Assembly: GCA_030690215.1 (NCBI GenBank)
Contig: JAUYHD010000011.1
Coordinates: forward strand, 1-55,030
Direction: 5' to 3'
Origin: a bacterium
Lineage (GTDB): Bacteria > Patescibacteriota > Minisyncoccia > 1-14-0-10-42-19
Length of the DNA stretch: 55,030 bases
Part shown: positions 39,664-49,816 of the stretch, in pieces
Numbering within the stretch: the stretch's first letter is position 1
Layout: every line of letters starts with the position of its first letter
Made by a program: the position numbers and the translations under genes
Notes under the pieces: model-generated
What the model was told of the DNA's origin: nothing
The model's database searches: none
Seen by the model: only the letters and a program-made list of their open reading frames with translations

Positions 39664-39960
39664 ATGGCGGAAAAGGCAGAAGAAAAAGATATACGCGCAT
39701 TTGATATGGCAAACGGACTTACCTACATAGGAGAATTTGAAAATCCTGGCAACGGAATTATGCCGAGCCTTAAAAATACCATAATAACAGAGACGCTTGT
39801 AACCACAAATTCAGAAAAAACCCTTGAAAACAAATATAGGGAGCTGTATGAATTATTTGGATTGGGACAAAAAAACTCGCTTGCTTCAAAAATGGTCCTG
39901 ATCACATTAAGTCAAGTAGTCGCAACCCATTTTTTACCAGGTGAACTAACGAAGAAATAA
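39664..39960 (+). CDS. Hypothetical protein
   Basis: AAGGAG SD, terminator AAAACCCGCAAGGGTTTTTT. Confidence 0.65.
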   Translation: MAEKAEEKDIRAFDMANGLTYIGEFENPGNGIMPSLKNTIITETLVTTNSEKTLENKYRELYELFGLGQKNSLASKMVLITLSQVVATHFLPGELTKK

Positions 39961-40276
39961 AACCCGCAAGGGTTTTTTTATTATCTGCCCGCGCTATTGC
40001 GCGATTTGTAGGCAACACACCCAGCACATACCTTGTAAGACATACTGACTCATTGGTTTGATGCCTATAAAATATACACAAGATTCAGCATGAGTATAAT
40101 TTCATTTCTCTAATTCCCTCCGAAGGAGGACAGGCGCGCTTGTCTGCCTTCGGCAGAAATAGGCGAATAGTTTATAAAATAGAAAATATGCCCAATGTAA
40201 TTACGTTATGTGCTTAGTGGAATAACCGTAAGGACCCCAATCAACGTGGATACTGTAGTGCAAGTAGTGCGGTTAT

Positions 40277-41569
40277 TCATTTTTTGGGACGATAATATTT
40301 TTTTCCTTTCAGCTCTTTCGGTAAATGCTCTTGGATCACTTTTGCGTCCTTTCCGCCAAAGGCGGATCCTCCTTTGGAGGGAAAATCATGGGCATATTTG
40401 TACCCTTTGCCATACCCCAATTCCTTCATCAAGTTAGTAGAAGCATTGCGCAAATGCAACGGTACAGGAAGGGCTCCTTTCTCTTTCGCATCTTTCCATG
40501 CTTCCATAAGACCCGCGTACGAAGCATTATCTTTTTTAGCAGACGCCAAATACGTAACGCCTTGCGCGAGATTGATTGCCGCTTCCGGCATCCCTACAAA
40601 TGAAACTGCCTGCATAACGGCAACCGCAACAGCAATTGCGGTCGGCTGGGCATTCCCTATATCTTCTGACGCAAATATAACCATACGCCGCGCGATAAAA
40701 CGGGGGTCTTCTCCTCCTTCAAGCATCCGCGTCATCCAATATAAAGCGGCATCCGGATCGGAATCGCGCATTGATTTTATAAAAGCGGAAATAAGAGCAT
40801 AATGCTCTTCTCCCTTCTTATCATATCGGATTGTTTTTTTCTGAAGCGCTTCTTCAATCATTGCGCCGGAAAGGGCTACGGAATCCTTTTTTTCTTGGGA
40901 CAACGCATGCTGTATCGCAAATTCAAGCGCGTTTAATGCTATACGCGCGTCTCCATCCGAAAAATGGACAAGCTTTTGCATTCCTTCTTCTGCAAGCAGA
41001 ATCTTTTTTCCCCCAAAGCCGCGTTTTTTGTCAGACAATGCGTTTTTGATTATTTTTTCCACATCTTTTTGAGCGAGGGATTCAAGGACCAATACAAGCG
41101 AGCGTGACAAAAGGGGGCTTACAAGCGCAAACGAAGGATTTTCGGTTGTGGCACCGACAAGAACGACTGTTCCCTTCTCTACATAGGGCAGAAATACATC
41201 CTGTTGCGTTTTATTAAAGCGATGAATTTCATCAACAAACAATATGGTGCGTTTTTGGTGATGCTTCAAACGGTTTTCCGCTTCCTGAATTACTTTACGC
41301 AATTCGGGAATGCCGGATACCGCGGCAGAGAACGGCTGAAAAAACGATTTTGATTTTTCCGCGATAATATGCGCGAGGGTAGTTTTTCCGGATCCGGGCG
41401 GCCCCCATAAAATAACAGACTGCACAGTATCATGTTCAATTGCTTCCCGAAGGGGCTTGCCCTTCCCCACTATTTTTTCATGCCCGAAAAAACCCGAAAA
41501 ATCCCGCGGACGCATGCGTTCGGCAAGGGGCATGATCTGTAACACTGTGTCATCAAACAAGTCTTTCAT
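40277..41569 (-). CDS. rarA: Replication-associated recombination protein A (MgsA/RarA)
   Basis: PLAERMRP, GPPGSGKTT, DEIHRFNK, ATTENP, ASEDIG, VPLHLRNA. Confidence 0.96.
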   Translation of the reverse strand: MKDLFDDTVLQIMPLAERMRPRDFSGFFGHEKIVGKGKPLREAIEHDTVQSVILWGPPGSGKTTLAHIIAEKSKSFFQPFSAAVSGIPELRKVIQEAENRLKHHQKRTILFVDEIHRFNKTQQDVFLPYVEKGTVVLVGATTENPSFALVSPLLSRSLVLVLESLAQKDVEKIIKNALSDKKRGFGGKKILLAEEGMQKLVHFSDGDARIALNALEFAIQHALSQEKKDSVALSGAMIEEALQKKTIRYDKKGEEHYALISAFIKSMRDSDPDAALYWMTRMLEGGEDPRFIARRMVIFASEDIGNAQPTAIAVAVAVMQAVSFVGMPEAAINLAQGVTYLASAKKDNASYAGLMEAWKDAKEKGALPVPLHLRNASTNLMKELGYGKGYKYAHDFPSKGGSAFGGKDAKVIQEHLPKELKGKKYYRPKK

Positions 41570-41634
41570 AATAAAAAACACACCCACTCTATCAAAGAAG
41601 CGCCGTTAAGAAGACACGGACACACATCCTGTGT

Positions 41635-42201
41635 CTATTGTTCTTTCAAAAGATAATGATGAAGCACTTTATACTCGGCACCCCCAAATCCCAAAATTGA
41701 CTGCATAATAACTACGGAAGAAGCAGTCCCAAAAAAATGAACACCCTCATCTAATTCCTGCACAGAAAACGACGCAAACGCTTCGGGCTGGAAGCGCGCG
41801 AGCGTCACATGAAGCTCAAAGGGCCGCCGTTCCGGATGAAAATTAACATTTGCGTTTTTTAGTATTCTCTCCATTTGTTCTCCCAATTCTTGCATCACGG
41901 GAGGCATTGGCCCCTCAATCCAAATGAGCCGAGGCGCGTGTGCTGTCGGCCCAAATTGTACGCGTGTAAGCTCTATTTCAAACGAAATAGTATTGCTGAT
42001 AGTCGGCAAAAGAAGTCCTTTTAAAAAATCTATGTGGTGTTCTTCTACAGACCACGGGGGAATAAGCGTGATATGAAGATCATGCGGCTCAGTCCAACGG
42101 ACAGGAATATTTGTTCGCTTTTTAAATTCTTTTTCCCACCCGACTACCTTGCTTTGAAGCACGTCATCTAGCGGAAACGCAAAAAAAATTCTCTTGCTCA
42201 T
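41635..42201 (-). CDS. thpR: RNA 2',3'-cyclic phosphodiesterase (2H family)
   Basis: LHITL and HVTLAR 2H motifs. Confidence 0.88.
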   Translation of the reverse strand: MSKRIFFAFPLDDVLQSKVVGWEKEFKKRTNIPVRWTEPHDLHITLIPPWSVEEHHIDFLKGLLLPTISNTISFEIELTRVQFGPTAHAPRLIWIEGPMPPVMQELGEQMERILKNANVNFHPERRPFELHVTLARFQPEAFASFSVQELDEGVHFFGTASSVVIMQSILGFGGAEYKVLHHYLLKEQ

Positions 42202-42277
42202 TATATATAGAATATCACATCCGGACCCAATTAAAAATTCCCTGCTTATTTTGAATAAGCAGGGAATATATTTATTT

Positions 42278-43789
42278 TTATTTTAAATAATATAGATGAA
42301 TAATTGAAGTAGCTCTGCGATTGAGCAACTCCCCTATGCGTGAAAAAGTAAACCCAAATGTATCCCGCAATTCTTCCACTATGCACTTACGAACATAAAG
42401 CACCTCACTGCTTCTGTCAGCGCTCAAAAGTTTTTCTTTAGAAACGGCATATTTCTTTACAATAGAATCTAAAAGCGCATTGTCATTTGCATGAAGGATA
42501 CCCGGAAAAAAATTCCGTTCCATAAGTTTCTTGCGAAGTTCCTTTGGAGGACCCCAGGAATTAAAAAAAGAGTCGATCTTTTTTGTGGGCGCACTTGCTT
42601 TCAAAAAAGCTAGCATGATTGCAACTTGTCTTGCATAATAAAAATCATTTTTAGTTGCATATTCTTCTTTGCGTCTACGCCTTGTGATATCCTTGGATGC
42701 AACACTAAACGCTTCTGCGGTTTTCTCAACAATATAATTAAGAGACGCACCACCAGGCAATGAATCATACAATTCTTTAAAAATAACGCACGTGCGATCC
42801 CATTGCATCACGCCCTCAGATGCAGAAAAATCCTGGAGACCATCTACAAAACACTTTGCCCTCTCCCAAAGTTCATGTGTGCGCAATTTTTCTTTTATTT
42901 TCTCAAGATCTTTTTGAGCTTTTGCAAGAGAACAACTCAATCTCACGCTTATTTCTTGGAAGGTATGCTCTTTTGTATTACCCAAGCCATAATATAGGGT
43001 AAGAATTTTACGCTCCCCATTAGTAAGAAGCGCGTCACGAAGAACTTTATGTACAAACGCTTGCAAGTCACTCTCACTCGCAACGTCTTCCTGCGACACC
43101 CTTTCGTCAACGACATAATCAACTAAAACGCCTTCGTCGTCTTCAGAAATAGCACGGCTTGCATCAAGAGAAATCTTTTCGCGCCAAAATTCTTCTGTGA
43201 AAAGCACCCAACGAACTATATTAAAAGGTTTGTCCATTTCCTTCGCGATTGCTTCAACTGTAACATCCCCTTCTTCACTTTTAATCTTATAAACAACTTT
43301 TCTTAACTTGCTTATAGCTGCCATCATACGAGTAGATATTTCTAAACTACCGCTTATAGCATCATACATTTCTTTTCTAACCCACCATCCAGCATACATC
43401 ACAAAACGACCGTCTAGATTATAATCATAGCTTGTAACAGCTTTTGTAAGACCGATCATTCCTTCTTGTATCAAATCAGGCTCATCAAGCACTGGGTTTT
43501 CAAATAAATTATAAGAAAAAGCAAAACTACGCGCGTATTTATGAACAAGTCCTTTATACTTAAGGATAATCTTATTCCTTAAACGTATTCGTTCTTTTGG
43601 GTCTGACGCTTTTCTATATTTCTCAAAAAGCAACAAATCATCGGGGCGATAACAGAACAAATCTTTAAGTTCTTTGCATGAAAGTTTTTTAGATGTTTTA
43701 GAGGGCACTGATCTATTTCCGGTTACCCAATCAATCTCTTCTCGAACAGTAAAACTACTTTCGGCAGAAAGCGTATTAATATTATTCAT
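42278..43789 (-). CDS. Sigma-70 family factor fused to two DnaA C-terminal-like HTH domains
   Basis: DLIQEG-IGL-KAV-YD...F-YA-WW, ISLD, LYYGL...TFQEI; then ARQVAIML and FSRIGELLNR-TSIIH. Confidence 0.75.
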   Translation of the reverse strand: MNNINTLSAESSFTVREEIDWVTGNRSVPSKTSKKLSCKELKDLFCYRPDDLLLFEKYRKASDPKERIRLRNKIILKYKGLVHKYARSFAFSYNLFENPVLDEPDLIQEGMIGLTKAVTSYDYNLDGRFVMYAGWWVRKEMYDAISGSLEISTRMMAAISKLRKVVYKIKSEEGDVTVEAIAKEMDKPFNIVRWVLFTEEFWREKISLDASRAISEDDEGVLVDYVVDERVSQEDVASESDLQAFVHKVLRDALLTNGERKILTLYYGLGNTKEHTFQEISVRLSCSLAKAQKDLEKIKEKLRTHELWERAKCFVDGLQDFSASEGVMQWDRTCVIFKELYDSLPGGASLNYIVEKTAEAFSVASKDITRRRRKEEYATKNDFYYARQVAIMLAFLKASAPTKKIDSFFNSWGPPKELRKKLMERNFFPGILHANDNALLDSIVKKYAVSKEKLLSADRSSEVLYVRKCIVEELRDTFGFTFSRIGELLNRRATSIIHLYYLK

Positions 43790-43900
43790 AGAATCCTCCT
43801 TATCAAAAAACTAACAAATCTAAAAAAAATGTAACATATCTTTTTCTAAAAATCAAGCCCCCATCTTGACATTTTATGAAAATGCATTATTATATCCTTG

Positions 43901-44728
43901 GATATGTTTTTCTGAATGATCGCCCAGCTCCAGTTTTGTAACAGAAATTTGTAGAGGAAATGCACCATCTTTTGTAAACGGTTCCAATGATACAGATGTT
44001 AGTTACAAAACTGGGGCTGGGAGGAAAGTCCGAACACTCCCCCTCACATGAAAAAGCATACTTATTTTTAAAATTCAATCGATACTTCAGACAATAAGAC
44101 CCATGATGGTATCAAAAAAGACTCAAAAACATATAAGCACAAGCTTATAATGCTTTTTCATGTGAGGGGAACAAGGTAGCGTCCCATATCCCGCTCATAG
44201 CGGGATCAAGGATCCCGGCATCTTATAATTCATAAATAGAGGTCGGGAGGTAACACCCGTCGTGCGCAAGCATAGTGGTGCGAGCAGAAACGTCCCGATT
44301 CGAAAGAATCGCGGAGGACCCACATCCCAAGCTAGATGGTCCACCTTCACCATAGGGACAACAAAGTGAAGATGAAACGGCTAAATCCATACCCGAGTGC
44401 AAGGCCGTACTTTCGATGCTTCGCATCGAACGCAGAACTACGCAGAATAAACGCAGAACAACGCGGAAATTTTCCGCGAGGGTCTGCGTCACGTCTGCGC
44501 AAGTCCGCGCTCGACGCGGAGCGTCGAGAGAGTGCCGCAAGATCCCGATAGCAATGTCGGGACCAGATAAATGATCATTGCCAATTTTGTTTGCTGCAAG
44601 CAAACACAAAATTGAGCTCCCGAGCAAGGTCGAGGGACTCTTCGACTACGCTCAGAGTACTCGATTTTGTAATTTCGCTTCGCTCAAACAAAATCGGTAC
44701 AGAATTCGGCTTATAGGAATAATATATC
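43901..44728 (+). ncRNA. rnpB: RNase P RNA, expanded to ~830 nt
   Basis: GAGGAAAGTCC (44021), GGTAACAC, GATGAAACGG, GCAAG, AGATAAATGATC, ACAGAATTCGGCTTA (~44699); upstream TTGACA promoter, downstream terminator 44737-44762. Confidence 0.88.
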
Positions 44729-44774
44729 CAAAACACAAAAATCCCGGCTTTCCGGGATTTTTGTTCACACATAA

Positions 44775-47093
44775 TCAATTAGAATCGCCCTCGGACGTTA
44801 TTTTTTCGGGAAACGTACGAGCTGTTTCAGAATCAATGTCTATCTCGCATACTCCGCCGACACACGCAAGCTCTTTTGCGCCAGCCGTGTTATCTTCTTT
44901 TTCGTACGCAACAATCTGAGAAAAATCAACCTGCGGCATACGCGCGGTTAATTCATTATATTTTTCTTCCGAAATTGCCTCATACGGCGCAAGCTGGTAG
45001 GCGTGATCTGACTTTGGAAGAAACGAAAGCCCTCCCAAAATACTCCACCGCTGATACAGCCAATTTGCAGTCTCAATCCATTCATCGCGCATAACCGAAA
45101 CCGTAACCGAAGGGTTGTGCTCGGTGAAATTCTTTTTTACCATTTCCCAATGTTTTAATTGCTCAATTGCGTTCAAATTGACAATTGCCTGCTCCGGCGC
45201 TTTTACCGGAAACTCCAGCACAAATGTCGTCGCAGAACTTGCGTCCTGCCCCACTTCGGAATGATATGGAAATTTTTGATCTTTCAGCATATGAAACAAC
45301 GGATCAGTCGCCGAAATCCGAACGCGGCGAATATAATATTTTGCGTGCCTCGTATGCATGCCGGAAGCCGCATCAACAAGCTGGGATACCGTGCCCGACG
45401 GTTTTACGCATGTAACACATGTGGATGCATTGATTCCAAACCGACGCGCATATTCTTCGTTCGTACGCACCGCGACTTCTTTCATGCGCAGAAGCGTTTC
45501 GGGATTGCGCACTGCAGACGAATCCCATTGACCGGTAATTGAGACGCCAAGCAGCCGCTCTTCCTCGCAATTTTCTTTCCACTCTTTTGAAATAAACGGA
45601 AAATTCGTGAGCGATGACTGATATGTGCCCAACATTGAAGCAAGGCGGGTTTTCCGAACAAGCATTTCTTCTGTGTCTTCTGCTCGCGCGACAACTTCTG
45701 AAAGATTGCAGAACTGCTTTGAACGAAGCACTATTTCACCGCATGGATTCGTCCCGCATGTCCCGTGATGATGTTTAAATACTTTCCATCGGCGCGCGGG
45801 AAGCTGGTTTTTGAGGCTTCCTCGGTTAAAAATACCCCGCTCGCCTGTCCCTGATTGCGCAAGCGCGAGCCATTCCTGCATAAATTCGGTTGCCGTCGGC
45901 CGTTCGTTGTATACTGCGGAATTGTTTGCCATAGAACGCTGGGGTTCGGTGAGATAAAATTGCCCGGTTTTTGCATGGCGCATTTCTTTATCATCCAAAT
46001 CCGAAAGCGAAATTAAAGCGCTTCGCCGTACTCCCCCCATCACGACTACTTCCCCTGTTTTGCAAATAATATCGTGAATATCCAAATTTGAAAGACGGCG
46101 TCCTTGGCGCGAAAATATCTTTGAACGAGAAAAATCCAAAAGCGCTCGAAGCGGCTCCGGCCCCGAACTTCGCCCCCCCATAGTGGCAAGACGAGCCCCT
46201 GCGGGACGCAATGTTGAATAATCAAATGCGATGTCTTTACCCGAGTACCATGTTTTAAGTCCGAGCGTTAATGCTTCTGCCCATCCCTCTTTACTGTCGC
46301 CGACAATATGTGTCGGGAGCGTTGTTCCTATCTGACGTTTTACAATTGGAAGCTGTTGAACTGTCTGTGATTCAACGGAGTAACCGACACCCGTCCCGCA
46401 CATCAATAAATACATTATTTCTGCAAAATCTTCGAGCTTTGAAGGCGCAATGAAAGAACAATTGTAGGCGGCAACATTACTTTTCCGTGCCGCATGCCCA
46501 GCACTCCACAAAAGACGCATAGAGGGCATTACCTCTTGGCGCAACACAGCTTCGCGCAATTCGTTATATTCTTCGGATGTGAGCTTATCGCCAATATTCT
46601 CACGCATAAAATTGATATAGCGATCAACCGTCTCTATCCATGTTTCCCTTCTTCCCTCATCTTCAACCCAGCGAGAATATGTTCGGTAATAAATAAATTC
46701 TGAAAGAGGATTTCTAAAATATTTTTTGCTTTCTTGGGCAAACGCCTGGACATGATCCGGAATGACTTTCTTTTTTTCTCGGATATGCGCGCGCTCGCTT
46801 CGATATAAAATATACGCTTTTGCCGTTTTTGGAAAATCAAGAAGAATAAGACTTTCTTCAACCACGTCTTGAATCGCCTCAATAGAAGGTACCCCCCCGC
46901 GAGGATATTTCTCTGTTAATCGCTTGATTACGCGATCGGCAATAAGCAATGGATCGCGCCGCGTATCACCTTCGCCGCTTGCCTGCATGGCGCGGGATAC
47001 TGCGTTTACAATTCTGTTTTTATCAAAAGAAACTACTCGGCCATCGCGCTTTCGCACGGATTGGACCAAAAAAGACGATGCGTGTGACACCAT
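44775..47093 (-). CDS. nrdJ: Class II (B12-dependent) ribonucleotide reductase with N-terminal ATP cone
   Basis: VRKRDGR-V-FD, RTYSR, YNCSF, GGVRRSA, TNPCGEI, CNLSE, KPSGT, C-terminal C-GG-C. Confidence 0.92.
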   Translation of the reverse strand: MVSHASSFLVQSVRKRDGRVVSFDKNRIVNAVSRAMQASGEGDTRRDPLLIADRVIKRLTEKYPRGGVPSIEAIQDVVEESLILLDFPKTAKAYILYRSERAHIREKKKVIPDHVQAFAQESKKYFRNPLSEFIYYRTYSRWVEDEGRRETWIETVDRYINFMRENIGDKLTSEEYNELREAVLRQEVMPSMRLLWSAGHAARKSNVAAYNCSFIAPSKLEDFAEIMYLLMCGTGVGYSVESQTVQQLPIVKRQIGTTLPTHIVGDSKEGWAEALTLGLKTWYSGKDIAFDYSTLRPAGARLATMGGRSSGPEPLRALLDFSRSKIFSRQGRRLSNLDIHDIICKTGEVVVMGGVRRSALISLSDLDDKEMRHAKTGQFYLTEPQRSMANNSAVYNERPTATEFMQEWLALAQSGTGERGIFNRGSLKNQLPARRWKVFKHHHGTCGTNPCGEIVLRSKQFCNLSEVVARAEDTEEMLVRKTRLASMLGTYQSSLTNFPFISKEWKENCEEERLLGVSITGQWDSSAVRNPETLLRMKEVAVRTNEEYARRFGINASTCVTCVKPSGTVSQLVDAASGMHTRHAKYYIRRVRISATDPLFHMLKDQKFPYHSEVGQDASSATTFVLEFPVKAPEQAIVNLNAIEQLKHWEMVKKNFTEHNPSVTVSVMRDEWIETANWLYQRWSILGGLSFLPKSDHAYQLAPYEAISEEKYNELTARMPQVDFSQIVAYEKEDNTAGAKELACVGGVCEIDIDSETARTFPEKITSEGDSN

Positions 47094-47169
47094 AACATGT
47101 GAGATGGTTTATGAATGATAAAGAAATAAATTATTGGAAACGCAATGAAACGGTACGAGTCCGCGCGCA

Positions 47170-48309
47170 TTAATCTTTTCGAGAACGCCTGAGAAACGCG
47201 GGAATCGTATTCCAATCTTCCTTCTCTTCTATTGTATCATTTTTTCCGTTATCCTCTGCAAGTAAGTTTTCCACTACTGCCTTTGTCGCAACCTTCTTTT
47301 GGGCGAAAGCATGAGACCCCTTCCCCTCGGCAAAAAGGCTTTTTGAAATGCTTCCTTCGGGGAAGCCCGAAGCAATCACGGTAATTTTAATCTCGTTTTT
47401 CTTCAATCGTTCATCATGGATCGCGCCAAAAATGACGCGGGCATCCTTATCAATGGCATCTGTAATAATGCGCGCGGCTTCCTGGATCTCCCACATGGTC
47501 ATATCAGGCCCTCCGGCGATAGAGAAAAGAACGCCCCGAGCGCCATCAATTGACATATCCAACAATGGAGAATTAATCGCCTTATGGGCCGCTTCCTCTG
47601 CGCGCTTATCTCCCGTTGCAGTCCCGATGCCCATAAGCGCGGATCCGGCATTCTGCAAAATAGCGCGAACATCAGCAAAATCAACATTAATGATGCCGGG
47701 GAGCATAATCAAATCGGAAATTCCTTCTACCGCTTGACGCAACACCTCATCACACATCGCAAACGCCGAAAGAAATGTCGTTTCTTTTTCAATAGCAGTC
47801 AACAATCGGTCATTTGGAATAATAATCATTGCGTCTACCGAAGATCGTAATCGGTCAATGCCTGCTTCTGAAATTCGGGAACGCTCCGCGCCCTCAAAAC
47901 CAAATGGCCGCGTTACAACCCCAACGGTAAGAGCGCCTTGCGCGCGAGCGGCTTCAGCAACGACGGGACTCGCGCCAGTCCCCGTGCCTCCCCCCATACC
48001 ACAGGTAACAAAAACCATATCAGCGCCTTTAAGCGATTCTTGAATCTCATCACGCGTTTCTTCGGCGGCTTGCCGTCCGACTTCCGGATCCATTCCCGCC
48101 CCAAGTCCCTTTGTAAGATTTTTTCCTATATGAATTTTTTTGGATGCTTGAGAATTATGAAGATCTTGCGTATCGGTATTTACAACGACAAAATCAACAC
48201 CCTTTACCTTGGAGTGTATCATGTGATCAACCGCATTTGACCCCGACCCACCGGTGCCAACTACTTTAATGCGGGCAAATGCTTCAATGTCTGGTTTTAT
48301 GTTTGCCAT
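47170..48309 (-). CDS. ftsZ: Cell division protein FtsZ
   Basis: [23 protein letters not shown]. Confidence 0.99.
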   Translation of the reverse strand: MANIKPDIEAFARIKVVGTGGSGSNAVDHMIHSKVKGVDFVVVNTDTQDLHNSQASKKIHIGKNLTKGLGAGMDPEVGRQAAEETRDEIQESLKGADMVFVTCGMGGGTGTGASPVVAEAARAQGALTVGVVTRPFGFEGAERSRISEAGIDRLRSSVDAMIIIPNDRLLTAIEKETTFLSAFAMCDEVLRQAVEGISDLIMLPGIINVDFADVRAILQNAGSALMGIGTATGDKRAEEAAHKAINSPLLDMSIDGARGVLFSIAGGPDMTMWEIQEAARIITDAIDKDARVIFGAIHDERLKKNEIKITVIASGFPEGSISKSLFAEGKGSHAFAQKKVATKAVVENLLAEDNGKNDTIEEKEDWNTIPAFLRRSRKD

Positions 48310-48497
48310 ACTACAAGAGAGAAACCAATATAACGCATCCTCATAATAAATAAAAAAAATACCCGTTTCAAGGATATTATTACAAGAACATAGAGCAATG
48401 AAAAAATCCAGCCCCCCTCACATATCTCTCGCGATGAGGGATAGATGGCATGAAAAAAAATTCATCCACGGCTATTGCTCTCAGTAAAACGAGCCTC

Positions 48498-49670
48498 CTA
48501 GGGCAGAAAAGCTTTAAACCAGCGCCACAAAAGCGAACCCCCTTTTTCAGAAATGCCTGCAAAAATACCGCGCTTGTTTCTTTCCTCTGATTCATACGCC
48601 AGCAAACAAAGCCCTGTCACTGCCGCAAAGCGCGGGTCAAACTCTTCTGCAAGACCCGATTCTTCTATCGTACGCGCGACTTCAACGGGTAATCGAAGCG
48701 CGCTCCGTCCCATTGTTTCAATATTGAACAAATGCGCCCCTCCGCCCGCAAGCACAACACCTCCCGGCAAAAGACCATCCCTATTAATTTTCTTTAAATG
48801 AGCGCCGACAGATTCAAATATGTCCCCCACGCGCGCGGCAATAATTTCTTCAATCTGTTTTTTATTTGAACCGCGAAACTGCCTATATTCTTGCTTTTGG
48901 CGTTCTGCCTCATCAAGCCCGATACGAAGACCGATTGCGATATCGTGGGTAATCGCTTGCGCGCCGATAGGAAATGCTTTGACCGATACCGGCAAGCCCT
49001 CTTCAAAGATCGCCGAACTTACGGTCCCCGCACCAATATCAAGCGTCATCACGCCAACTTCTTTTTTGTGGTTAGAAAGAATGGCGCGCGAAACAGCCAA
49101 AGGAGAAGCAACAACATCATCTACCGCTACTCCCACGCGCTCGGCGCACGCCGCAATGTGTTCTACGTGCTGGGACAGAGCCGTGATAAATATTGTTTCT
49201 GCTTCAAGGCGAGAGCCGGTAATGCCTACGGGGTTTCGGGTTACCAAATCTTTATCAACCCGAAATAAAAGCGGAAACCGATGAAGAATTTCCTTGTTAT
49301 GATGAGGAACAATGCTTGCGTAGCTCGCGTCTAACACCCGGCTCACATCGCGCTCGCTGATATCTCCTCCATTTGCGTATGGCAACACAATAGACCCGCG
49401 CGCTATCACCGAATCCAAGCTTGTCCCCCCATACGAAAAAAAGGCAGATGAAACCTTCACTCCTGCCATTTTTGTCGCTTGAAAAAGAGATTTTTTAAGC
49501 TGTAATGCTACCGCATCAACGTCTATAATGTCTCCTCGCCTAACGCCTTCGGATCGTACATCGCCAACACCCCGAATCTGCATGCGTCCTGTTGCGTCAT
49601 CCCACTCTGTAATCATCGTTTGGATGCTTGAAACTCCGATATCAATTCCTGTAGCAATGTGACGAGTCAT
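48498..49670 (-). CDS. ftsA: Cell division protein FtsA
   Basis: GIDIG, DIGAGT, ITHDIA, AE-K, GGVVLAGGG, amphipathic C-tail; adjacent to ftsZ. Confidence 0.93.
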   Translation of the reverse strand: MTRHIATGIDIGVSSIQTMITEWDDATGRMQIRGVGDVRSEGVRRGDIIDVDAVALQLKKSLFQATKMAGVKVSSAFFSYGGTSLDSVIARGSIVLPYANGGDISERDVSRVLDASYASIVPHHNKEILHRFPLLFRVDKDLVTRNPVGITGSRLEAETIFITALSQHVEHIAACAERVGVAVDDVVASPLAVSRAILSNHKKEVGVMTLDIGAGTVSSAIFEEGLPVSVKAFPIGAQAITHDIAIGLRIGLDEAERQKQEYRQFRGSNKKQIEEIIAARVGDIFESVGAHLKKINRDGLLPGGVVLAGGGAHLFNIETMGRSALRLPVEVARTIEESGLAEEFDPRFAAVTGLCLLAYESEERNKRGIFAGISEKGGSLLWRWFKAFLP

Positions 49671-49671
49671 A

Positions 49672-49816
49672 CCCCGTTAGGCTACATCGAAAAACGTCTT
49701 CCTTGCAAAACCGCAGAATATATTTCGATGTTCACCCTTTATTGTACTTTTACTAATAATACTTTATGTTACCCCGTAAGACGTAAAGGTTTTGCTTTCG
49801 ATGTTGCCATACGGGG
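49672..49816. repeat. C-class hairpin element C2, 1 bp upstream of the ftsA start codon, flanked by CATA
   Basis: Homologous to 37290-37434. Confidence 0.92.

Noticed and set aside
44223-44919. ORFs within the rnpB region
   Set aside because: They overlap clear RNase P RNA motifs and repeat inserts
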